This document shows positions 18,643 to 26,397 of a DNA stretch of 64,000 bases, piece after piece. A program made the position numbers and the translations under genes. Source of the DNA: Pseudomonadota bacterium (GTDB lineage Bacteria; Pseudomonadota; Alphaproteobacteria; Micavibrionales; UBA2020); the NCBI GenBank assembly GCA_043806835.1, contig JAZDGQ010000026.1, forward strand, positions 3,804 to 67,803, read 5' to 3'. A model generated the notes under the pieces. The model saw only the letters and a program-made list of their open reading frames with translations. It made no database searches and was not told where the DNA came from. Every line of letters starts with the position of its first letter. The first letter of the stretch is position 1.

Positions 18643-21600
18643 CTAATTTTCAGCGACAGACGTTGAGTCCGTCATGCCGTAGTGGCTGACCACCTCGACG
18701 GAACAGTCGAACTTCATTTCCCGCAAAGTCTGGCAGGCTTGCGCGGCTTCATGCAGATTTACGGGCTTGCGCGGCCTCAGCACAATGTCCATCCCGGCCG
18801 TTTTCGGATCGGGCGTGATTTTTGAAAGCGGCGTGTCCAGATCGAAATAGCTTCCCCACGGGCTGTTGCGAACCTTGAATTTGTACCAGGAAAAAAGCAG
18901 ACCGAGGCGCGAATGATACGGCCCCAGGCGAAGGAGCACGTTTTCATCCTCGACGTCCATCGCTTTTTCAACCCGCGCCCGTGTGCCCGGGAGGAAGGGC
19001 TTGCCGATGCCGCTGAACCGGAAAGGGACAGCATGGCCGCGCACCAGGACGGGGCTGTGCCCGTAAATCGTCGTTCCGGTCGGCTCGATGACGATTTTCT
19101 CCGGGACCATATAAGCGGGTTGCTCCGATTTTCCGGCATCGACGCTCAGGTAATAAACGCCGGGGCGGATGGAACTGATCGCCCAGTACCCGTCATAGGC
19201 GGCGGTCACGGATTTTTCAACCCTGCCGTCCGGCGCCGTCAGGGAGATTTGCATGTTGCGGGCAGGCTGACGGGCGCCCTTGCCGTCGACGATGTCCAGT
19301 TGCCCGTCCATTTCGCCAGACACGACGACGGGGAAATCGACCTGTGACACGACCCCGGGGCGCGGAAGGACGGAAACGCCCTTGAACAGGCTCATGTTGT
19401 AGGAATCAGGGAAAGAGGTCTGGTCGACGGAAATGTCGATGAGACGGTTCTGCTCGAGGTCGGGGATGAAGGCGATGCCCCGGTCGTTCGACATGGCGGT
19501 GCGGCGCACCTGGAGCGCCTTGAGAACGACGTCCGGCATCAGTTCGTCGCCGCCGTCATAGACGCCGTTCCCGTTCCTGTCGAGGAAGATGCGTCCCGCG
19601 ACGCCGCCCGCCGCCGACATGTATTTGCTGTATATCTGATAGTCGTGGGAATAGGGATCCGCGCCGAGGCCGAAATGCACGTTGATGTTCATGGCCAGAT
19701 TGCGGTTGGTGTCCCAGTTGACGGCGGGGCTGATGGAGGCTTTCGACGTCTGCCAGCTCGCGCCGAGAGAGAGGGCGGTCAAACGGGAGGCCGGCGCATA
19801 TCTGGCCTGCGACATCAGGCTGAGGGAATCATTGATGAAGTAGGCGTATTCCGCCGCGGCATCCGTCATCTGCCATGCGGGCTTGGCCTGATAATTGCTT
19901 CCGAGTCTCCAGTTTCCGCCGAACAGGAAGCCGCGACTGTTGAAGCTGGCCGTGGCCGTGCTGGGGCTGCTGGTGGAGCGGTTGTAATTATAGCCCCCCG
20001 ACAGAGCTATGCCTTTTAACCGCCCCGACAGCGAGGAAGACAGGGCGTCGCTGGTGACGCCGTCATAGGAGTCTGTGCGCGTGCCGCTGAGGCTGTAGTT
20101 CATTTTGTTGAGGAAGCCTGGCAGGGGCCCGCTGAGTCCTGCCCGGAGGGTGTCTTTTGTTATGGCGGGAGCCGTGCTGCTGGAGACGTTATAGTCCGGA
20201 AACGTCCAGCCGGATTGCAGCATGACGGACTGCTTGCCGAAAGTGCGGCGGGCGGCGAACGTGGACGTGGCCGTCCCGCCGGCAAGATCATAGCCGATGC
20301 CGGCGTTGAGAAACGTTCCGAAGAGGGACGTCGCCAGCTCCGTCTGCGCGAAAGTTCTTCTTACTCCTTCGTCGCTGCGGCTCCTGATCCCGAAGCTGCC
20401 GGTGCCGATGCCGGGGATGCCGTATTCGGCGAGGGCGGCAAGGTGCGCCTTGCCTCCGTCGGGGGCGGGAGGCGGAACGGGTTGCCAGACCGCATTGCCG
20501 CTGCGGGTGGCGGAAACGGAGTACCAGGCTTTGTTTTTGGCGAGCTGGTAGGGATCGACGAGGACGCGCCGGTGCTCTTCCCTGATTTCCCCGCGCGGGC
20601 CGTAGAACAGGAGCTTGATGTTGTTGTCGCCCGGCACAAGATCGACTTTCTCGAAGAGGTATTGCCCGTCGGAACCGGCGTGGCGGATGTTGATGAAGGA
20701 GTCGTTTCGGTAAAGCTCGACATCCCATCCGGGCTGGACGTTGCCGCGGATATCGGTCGTGGTTGCGGTCGTCACGTCGGCGGGCTTGTTCGTGAACCTG
20801 GCGCCCTCCTCCTGTCCGCCGCCGCCGATCATCCCGAGCGGAACCGTGTCCACGTCCCCGAACCGGTAGGACGTCGCATGCAGCGGTCCCAGGAGACCGC
20901 CGCCGGGGTCGTCGCGTCCCATTGAGACGCGGAGCGAGGTGAGGGCGTCTATGTTGGGTGGATTCGCCATTCCCGTCGTGAACGCCTGCGTGCTGAACCC
21001 CGCGAGGTCGCCGGTGTAGATCGTGGACCAGCTCGTGGATCTGGAGGCAGGGCTTCCCGGCGACTTGCTCCAGCTTCCGGAGATGTTCGTGTCGATATAA
21101 GGCAGGGCGGCGAGGGTGTAAGGCGTTTCCTGAAACGGCAGCGTGACTGCGTCGTTTTCGGCATAGCTTCTCGGCGCGCGCTTCTGGCGGCGCAGGTACG
21201 CCTCCTCCACGGGCAGAGGCTGGCGCGCCGCGATGTGGAGCATCAAGTCGGCGAAATTATAACCGAAGTCGAGGCCGAACCATTTTTCCAGCAGGGCGGT
21301 GGAGACAAGGATATCGTCCGGGCCGGCGTCGATATCGTCCGGATTTATTTTTTCCGTCAGTCCCACGAGGACGGCTTCGCCTTTTTTCGCGTCGAGGGAA
21401 AACCTCTGGTTCTCGCGGATGAACCAGCCTTCCGCCGTCCCCGCCGCCGGATGAACCGAGATGGAGAGACCGGCGGTGCTGCAGAAATCGCCGAGCGACA
21501 CCATCAGGCGGTCGCCGCGCTTGACGGCGTAAATATCCTGCTTGAGATAAATTCTCTGCCCGCCGGCGGAAGCATGGAAGATCAGAGGTTCGTCGTCGGG

Positions 21601-22116
21601 AAGCTGCGTCCTTGATTTATGCTCCGCCAGCCTGATTTTCCCCGCGCCGACGAGGAACAGGTCAGCCTCCTCCAGACTTGCGCCGACCCCGTAGATGAAT
21701 TCCCGGCCCAGCTTCATCAGGGCGTCGTGCGGAAGCGGGGACGCGGAAGCCGGCTCATCGGCGGGGGCGCGGAAGGACGGGAGCAGGCTGCCGGAAAGCT
21801 GCGTTCCCGCTTCATGCCCCTCCGGCTTCGATTCCACCGCCCCGCCGCCGAGCATCGTGTCGGCCTCCTTCAGGCTTGCGCCAACCCCCGAAAGGAAATC
21901 CCGGCCCAGCTTCATCAGGGACTCCCGGGGGATCGCGGGCGGGGGCTTCGATTCGGCAGCGCGGGCGGGGGAAATCTGGAGAAAGAAGGCCATAAGCCAT
22001 ACGGGCAGCCATAATATCCACCGCCGCCGCTTGTCCTTCCGGCGCAAGCCGGAATCCAGCAACGACGGGATACCGGCCTGCGCCGGTACGATAATGAAAT
22101 TTGAACACGACAGCAT
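18643..22116 (-). CDS. giant outer-membrane usher-like protein (about 1150 aa)
   Basis: Signal peptide RRRWILWLPVWLMAFFLQISPARA|AE. Usher-like plug signature (GNVQPGWDVELYRNDSFINIRHAGSDGQYLFEKVDLVPGDNNIKLLFYGPRGE). S/T/G/Y/N-rich barrel region. C-terminal beta-sandwich-like modules (RIFLDRNGNGVYDGGDE). Start is ATG 22116 or TTG 22047. Confidence 0.6.
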   Translation of the reverse strand: MLSCSNFIIVPAQAGIPSLLDSGLRRKDKRRRWILWLPVWLMAFFLQISPARAAESKPPPAIPRESLMKLGRDFLSGVGASLKEADTMLGGGAVESKPEGHEAGTQLSGSLLPSFRAPADEPASASPLPHDALMKLGREFIYGVGASLEEADLFLVGAGKIRLAEHKSRTQLPDDEPLIFHASAGGQRIYLKQDIYAVKRGDRLMVSLGDFCSTAGLSISVHPAAGTAEGWFIRENQRFSLDAKKGEAVLVGLTEKINPDDIDAGPDDILVSTALLEKWFGLDFGYNFADLMLHIAARQPLPVEEAYLRRQKRAPRSYAENDAVTLPFQETPYTLAALPYIDTNISGSWSKSPGSPASRSTSWSTIYTGDLAGFSTQAFTTGMANPPNIDALTSLRVSMGRDDPGGGLLGPLHATSYRFGDVDTVPLGMIGGGGQEEGARFTNKPADVTTATTTDIRGNVQPGWDVELYRNDSFINIRHAGSDGQYLFEKVDLVPGDNNIKLLFYGPRGEIREEHRRVLVDPYQLAKNKAWYSVSATRSGNAVWQPVPPPAPDGGKAHLAALAEYGIPGIGTGSFGIRSRSDEGVRRTFAQTELATSLFGTFLNAGIGYDLAGGTATSTFAARRTFGKQSVMLQSGWTFPDYNVSSSTAPAITKDTLRAGLSGPLPGFLNKMNYSLSGTRTDSYDGVTSDALSSSLSGRLKGIALSGGYNYNRSTSSPSTATASFNSRGFLFGGNWRLGSNYQAKPAWQMTDAAAEYAYFINDSLSLMSQARYAPASRLTALSLGASWQTSKASISPAVNWDTNRNLAMNINVHFGLGADPYSHDYQIYSKYMSAAGGVAGRIFLDRNGNGVYDGGDELMPDVVLKALQVRRTAMSNDRGIAFIPDLEQNRLIDISVDQTSFPDSYNMSLFKGVSVLPRPGVVSQVDFPVVVSGEMDGQLDIVDGKGARQPARNMQISLTAPDGRVEKSVTAAYDGYWAISSIRPGVYYLSVDAGKSEQPAYMVPEKIVIEPTGTTIYGHSPVLVRGHAVPFRFSGIGKPFLPGTRARVEKAMDVEDENVLLRLGPYHSRLGLLFSWYKFKVRNSPWGSYFDLDTPLSKITPDPKTAGMDIVLRPRKPVNLHEAAQACQTLREMKFDCSVEVVSHYGMTDSTSVAEN
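21601..21942 (-). repeat. intragenic ~48-aa tandem repeat in the usher-like N-terminus (units spaced 198 nt)
   Basis: PRESLMKLGRDFLSGVGASLKEAD...GTQL versus PHDALMKLGREFIYGVGASLEEAD...RTQL. A shared 20-mer TCCCGGCCCAGCTTCATCAG occurs at 21701 and 21899. Confidence 0.8.
22036..22092. repeat. REP-like palindromic units (degenerate member of the family)
   Basis: CCGGCGCAAGCCGGAATCC ... GGGATACCGGCCTGCGCCGGTACGAT. It translates to the IVPAQAGIPSLLDSGLRR-type peptide in the ORF track. Confidence 0.5.
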
Positions 22117-22201
22117 GGTTTTAAGTGCAAAAACCCCCGATTGAAACATCCCCAAGGCATTGTAACTGTTTTGAAAAATTATTGATATAGACACCATCTT
22201 C

Positions 22202-22267
22202 GTCATTCCGGTGCGATCCTGGATTTCCCTGTCTTTACGACAAGATACCGGATTTTTCCGGTATGAC
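22202..22267. repeat. REP-like palindromic pair
   Basis: GTCATTCCGGTGCGATCCTGGATTTCC ... GATACCGGATTTTTCCGGTATGAC, in the divergent usher/pilin intergenic region. Confidence 0.6.
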
Positions 22268-22450
22268 GGAAAAAGCTTCTGTTCGCATGAAGGACGGGGC
22301 ATAACATACTCATTTTATTTATTTTTTATAATACTACCTTACTTATCCCCACATTAAGTCCTCTTTAACTGATTCCAAGGACAATGGGGATATAGGTTCT
22401 GTCACCCCGACAGCCTTTCAAATGACTCAAGAATTGAGGAGTAAGAAGCT

Positions 22451-23251
22451 ATGGATCTCATGAGAAGGATACTTACAGGAACTGCAATGGTTTTGGCGGT
22501 GGCGATGCTCGTCTTCAGCTCGCCGCCGGCGAAGGCTCAGGTCGTTGATACGCCGTTCGGCGCCTGCGTCGGCATTGATGGTGGCGACGACTGCGTGACC
22601 ACCACCGGGCATATCAGCGCCAGCGTGGTCGGTACGTTAAGCATCAACGAAATGAGGGCGGTCAGCTTCGGCAACATGGCGGTAACCTGCGCCGCAGGTG
22701 GCTGCGACGGGTCTGCCTCCTTCGACCTGAACCTGGACAGCACACGCGACAACGTTGTCGGTGTAGCCGATAACTTTATATTGTTGAATGGCGCCCAGGC
22801 GAATGACGGGATCGGCAACCTCCCCGGCCATGCCAACTCCGGCTCCCAGCAGGCAGGTCACTATACGGTCACCGGCATGGAAGCAGGGCCCACCCAGGTC
22901 TATATCTCCTTCGCTGACGCCGCCGGCGCGAAAATCGATATCGACGGCGATAACTATTACCCCGGCAACGACGTGCACCTGACGGGTCCCGCAGGGAATA
23001 CGTTTACGGTTGACGATTTCATAATCAACGAAAGCGGCAGCGACGTCTATGGCCACTATATCGACAGCAGGGGCGGCTCTTTCAACCCGGCACCGGGCAT
23101 TGGGAACCCCTTTGATCCGGTAACCCATGCGGCTGGCACCGGCATTGACGTCGTCGTCGGCGCAACCATCCACACGGTGGCTGGTGGTGCTGGCCTCTCG
23201 TACGCGCCAGGGAAATACGTCGGCACCTACAACGTCATGGTCAGCTATTAA
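22451..23251 (+). CDS. DUF4402/SCPU-like secreted fibre subunit 1 (266 aa)
   Basis: GAGGAG RBS. Signal peptide ...SSPPAKA|Q. SFGNMAV, HLTGPAGNTF and the C-terminal strand SYAPGKYVGTYNVMVSY-stop. Confidence 0.7.
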   Translation: MDLMRRILTGTAMVLAVAMLVFSSPPAKAQVVDTPFGACVGIDGGDDCVTTTGHISASVVGTLSINEMRAVSFGNMAVTCAAGGCDGSASFDLNLDSTRDNVVGVADNFILLNGAQANDGIGNLPGHANSGSQQAGHYTVTGMEAGPTQVYISFADAAGAKIDIDGDNYYPGNDVHLTGPAGNTFTVDDFIINESGSDVYGHYIDSRGGSFNPAPGIGNPFDPVTHAAGTGIDVVVGATIHTVAGGAGLSYAPGKYVGTYNVMVSY

Positions 23252-23279
23252 TTCTTGACTGATGATAGAGACTTCAAAG

Positions 23280-23313
23280 CCCCTGCGCCAGAAAAGCGCA
23301 GGGGTTTTGTTTT
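23280..23313 (+). terminator. rho-independent terminator after subunit 1
   Basis: CCCCTGCGC-cagaaaa-GCGCAGGGG followed by TTTTGTTTT. Confidence 0.7.
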
Positions 23314-23324
23314 GACGCTCCCTT

Positions 23325-23418
23325 GTCATCCCGACGGAGCGCAGCGACGAGGGATCTTCCCCGGTTCCAGCGTAACAAGATCCCTCGTCGGCGCGAAGAG
23401 CGCCTCACTCGGGATGAC
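23325..23418. repeat. REP-like convergent palindromic pair
   Basis: GTCATCCCGACGGAGCGCAGCGACGAGGGATC (23325-23356), spacer, GATCCCTCGTCGGCGCGAAGAGCGCCTCACTCGGGATGAC (23379-23418). The architecture matches 2328-2425. Confidence 0.7.
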
Positions 23419-23467
23419 AATGAGGGGTGCAGGGGATAACAGCCCACATAAATCGCAGAAATGACAA

Positions 23468-23496
23468 TTGAGAGTTTTCCGGCAGACTGCTAAAAT
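23468..23496 (+). promoter_or_regulatory. candidate promoter for subunit 2 (possibly a leaderless transcript)
   Basis: TTGAGA, 17 nt spacer, TAAAAT. The -10 ends 6 nt before ATG 23503, and no SD lies upstream. Confidence 0.35.
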
Positions 23497-23502
23497 CCCC
23501 TC

Positions 23503-24126
23503 ATGAAAAGACTCCCGTTTTTCCTTTCTTTCGCCGTCCTCGTCTTCTGCAGCCCTCCGGCGCTGGCGGATGTTCTTGCCACCTACCCCAATCTGCACGC
23601 CGGCGTCAGCATTGCGAGCGCGGTCAGCGTCACTGAAGAGGCGGCCATCCGGTTCGGCAATTTCGCCGTTGGCAATGAAGGCGGCGGCGATGCCGACATC
23701 GTCCTCGATCACGACGGAATCCGCACCTCCCATAACGGAGCCTCCACCACGATCACACTGCTCAACGGCGGCATGGGCGGCGATCCCGGTTCTCAGGGGC
23801 CTGGCATTTATCATATTTCCGGCGCAGCCAGCGGCACCTGGCTCTACATCTACTTCGTCAATCACAACATGACGACGGTTGATACGCCCAACCCCGTCGT
23901 GCTGACCGGCCCCGTCGGTTCGGACGAATTTTACGTCGACGGCATGACATTCGATTATGACGGCTTTGACGACGATACCGTGATACCGGATGGCCATTAC
24001 ATCGTCGCGGACGGCACAGGCAAGGCAACCGTCCATGTGGGGGCGACCTTGCATACGAAAGCGGGGGCGACCAGTTACGCTCCCGGAAAATACACGGGCA
24101 CGTTCGAGATTCTGGTGGGGTATTGA
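23503..24126 (+). CDS. DUF4402/SCPU-like secreted fibre subunit 2 (207 aa)
   Basis: Signal peptide ...CSPPALA|D. IRFGNFAV, VLTGPVGSDEF, and the C-terminus SYAPGKYTGTFEILVGY-stop. Confidence 0.7.
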   Translation: MKRLPFFLSFAVLVFCSPPALADVLATYPNLHAGVSIASAVSVTEEAAIRFGNFAVGNEGGGDADIVLDHDGIRTSHNGASTTITLLNGGMGGDPGSQGPGIYHISGAASGTWLYIYFVNHNMTTVDTPNPVVLTGPVGSDEFYVDGMTFDYDGFDDDTVIPDGHYIVADGTGKATVHVGATLHTKAGATSYAPGKYTGTFEILVGY

Positions 24127-24608
24127 TGTCGCTGCAAGGAATAATCGGAACTCTCCTCTCCGCCCTCCTGCTTCTTCGCGCCTTTCCGGCGGCGGCGGCG
24201 ATGGAGGGCGTGGAGATGGAGCCTCTTTTCTTCGGGCAGATCATCATCACCGACAACACCGCGGTGCGCTCCTGCACCATTGCGGCGGGCGGAAGCGAAA
24301 CATGCGATGCCGAAATAGCGGTGCTGGTGCCGGGTCAGTACGGCGTTTTCCGGCTGTCGGGTTTTGATCCGGACGTGACCCTGTGGGCTTCGGTGGCCGA
24401 TGCGACGCTGACCGGGCCGGGGAGCTGGATTTTTGATCTCAATACCTTTACTTTCGATCCCGACATCCATGATATCAATACGGCGCAGACGCCGGATGCG
24501 TCCGGAACCCTGACGCTGAACATCGGCGCGACGCTGGATACACGGGCAAACGAGTCTTACCAGACAGACCCCTATCGCGGGACATATACCTTGCAGATCA
24601 ACTATTGA
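24126..24608 (+). CDS. DUF4402/SCPU-like secreted fibre subunit 3 (about 160 aa)
   Basis: TGATG overlap with subunit 2. Signal peptide LLLLRAFPAAAA. ATLTGPGSWIF, and the C-terminus DPYRGTYTLQINY-stop. Confidence 0.65.
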   Translation: MSLQGIIGTLLSALLLLRAFPAAAAMEGVEMEPLFFGQIIITDNTAVRSCTIAAGGSETCDAEIAVLVPGQYGVFRLSGFDPDVTLWASVADATLTGPGSWIFDLNTFTFDPDIHDINTAQTPDASGTLTLNIGATLDTRANESYQTDPYRGTYTLQINY

Positions 24609-24619
24609 GGAGGAAAACG

Positions 24620-25447
24620 ATGAAAAAGATTTTTATAGCTGTTTTATTGCTGGCCGGGCTGCTGCTGCTGCCTGCGGCGGCAAAAGCGGATCTGACGATC
24701 ACGCCGTGGCGCGTCGTTTTCGAGGGACGCACCCGGTCAGCGACCGTCGAGCTTCTCAATATGACGGATCGCACGAATACCTACCGCATCGGCTGGCTGG
24801 TGCCGAAAAGGAACGAAAAAACCGGAAAAATCGACCTGACGCCGTATGTGGACGACAAGGATCCCCACAGCGTGGCCAAAATGGTGGTTTTCAGCCCGCG
24901 CCAGGTGACGATTGAGCCGCGCGGGCATCAGATCATCCGCCTGTCCCTGCGCCGACCCGCCGACCTGCCGCCCGGCGAATACCGCGCCCACCTGTCCATG
25001 ATACGGCTGGCCAAGGAAAAGCCGCAGAAGCAGGATCCCAAGGCCAAGGACATAGAAATGGTCCTGAACGTCAACCTCGGCTTTTCCATCCCCGTCATTG
25101 TGCGCAGCGGGGAGGACAAGGATCTGAAAATTTCCCTCTCGTCGCCCGGGCTTTCCATGAGCACAGGCAATAAACCATCCCCGGTTCTGGACGTCGATAT
25201 CAACAGGGATGCCGGAAAGTTCAGCAGTTATGGATCCGTTAATGTTTACTGGGCGCCGGATCAAGGCAAGGAGGAAAAGATCGGCACCATGGACAACATC
25301 GCCCTGTACCCGGAGGTTCAGAGTCGCCATCTCAGCATCCGCCTCAAGCAAAACCCGACCGACGGAAAAATAAGGGTCGTTTATCTCGGCAAGTACGAGT
25401 CCGCAGGCAAGACATGGGCGGAAAAGACGTTCCCTATCGGTAAATAG
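24620..25447 (+). CDS. PapD-like periplasmic fibre chaperone
   Basis: GAGGAGG 6 nt upstream. Signal peptide LLLLPAAAKA|D. ITPWRVVFEGRTRSATVELLN, SPRQVTIEPRGHQIIRLSL, PPGEYRAHLSM. Confidence 0.65.
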   Translation: MKKIFIAVLLLAGLLLLPAAAKADLTITPWRVVFEGRTRSATVELLNMTDRTNTYRIGWLVPKRNEKTGKIDLTPYVDDKDPHSVAKMVVFSPRQVTIEPRGHQIIRLSLRRPADLPPGEYRAHLSMIRLAKEKPQKQDPKAKDIEMVLNVNLGFSIPVIVRSGEDKDLKISLSSPGLSMSTGNKPSPVLDVDINRDAGKFSSYGSVNVYWAPDQGKEEKIGTMDNIALYPEVQSRHLSIRLKQNPTDGKIRVVYLGKYESAGKTWAEKTFPIGK

Positions 25448-25480
25448 TTCCAGAATCATAAGGGAAACATCGAAAACTCC

Positions 25481-25508
25481 TTGCCTTCCGCCCGAAAACC
25501 GCTATATT
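25481..25508 (+). promoter_or_regulatory. candidate promoter of the rpsF-rpsR-rplI operon
   Basis: TTGCCT, 16 nt spacer, TATATT, followed by a ~120-nt GC-rich leader. Confidence 0.35.
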
Positions 25509-25632
25509 TCCCGACTCGTACACACGAAGTACGAACCCGCTGTCCGGGGTTCCGGGCGGCTGAGGGCTGTGCGGCTGGTGGCCGAGTGGTTTGGCGATGC
25601 AGCGGCAGTCCATCTAAACCAAGGGATGAAAA

Positions 25633-26070
25633 ATGGCTCTCTATGAAACCGTGTTTATCGCACGGCAGGACGTTTCCGCCAAGCAGGTGGAAGACCTTGC
25701 CGCCGCCTTCGGAAAGATCGTCAACGACAACGGCGGCGAACTGAAGAAAACCGAAAGCTGGGGTCTCCGCACCCTCGCCTATAAAATCAAGAAAAACCGC
25801 AAAGGCCATTACACGCTGATGCATTTCGACGCGCCGCACAAGGCGATAGCCGAGATGGAGCGCAACATGGGTCTGAGCGAAGACGTCCTGCGATTCATGA
25901 CGGTCAGCATCGACAAGCTGCCGGAAGGCCCGTCCGCCATTCTGAAGCACACGGATGACGACAGGGAGGACGACCGCGGCGGGTTCTTCAAGGACAAGGA
26001 AGACAAATTCAGGGACAGGGACGACAAGCCCAGATCCCCCAGATTCTCAAAAGAAGGGAGCGCAGCATAA
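25633..26070 (+). CDS. rpsF: 30S ribosomal protein S6 (acidic/charged C-terminal tail)
   Basis: [15 protein letters not shown]...[18 protein letters not shown]. Confidence 0.95.
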   Translation: MALYETVFIARQDVSAKQVEDLAAAFGKIVNDNGGELKKTESWGLRTLAYKIKKNRKGHYTLMHFDAPHKAIAEMERNMGLSEDVLRFMTVSIDKLPEGPSAILKHTDDDREDDRGGFFKDKEDKFRDRDDKPRSPRFSKEGSAA

Positions 26071-26381
26071 TGGCATTCGAAAAAAAATCATTCGGCGGCG
26101 ACCGCGACAGGAAGCCGGGCGGAGACAGGGACAAGAAGCCGGGGGGCGCCGCAGGCGGGCGCCGCACGTTCTTCAGGCGCAGGAAGACCTGCCCGTTTAA
26201 AAGCGACAACTCTCCCGTGATCGATTACAAGGACATCAAGATGCTGAGCCGGTATATTTCCGAGCGCGGCAAGATCGTCCCGAGCCGCATCACGGCGGTG
26301 TCGCAGAAGGCGCAACGCAGGCTGGCGCGGGAGATCAAGCGCGCCCGTTTCCTTGCGTTGCTTCCCTACGTATCCAATTAA
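26070..26381 (+). CDS. rpsR: 30S ribosomal protein S18 (N-terminal GGDRDxKPGG repeat extension)
   Basis: TAATG overlap with rpsF. RRRKTCPF...IDYKD...[17 protein letters not shown]. Confidence 0.95.
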   Translation: MAFEKKSFGGDRDRKPGGDRDKKPGGAAGGRRTFFRRRKTCPFKSDNSPVIDYKDIKMLSRYISERGKIVPSRITAVSQKAQRRLAREIKRARFLALLPYVSN

Positions 26382-26397
26382 TAAGGAGGGCTGAACA

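Noticed and set aside
22117-22302. N-terminal 62-85 codons of the ORF-track call for the usher-like gene
   Set aside because: This stretch is encoded by REP-like repeats and AT-rich spacer, and precedes the obvious signal peptide. The start was moved to ATG 22116, with TTG 22047 as an alternative.
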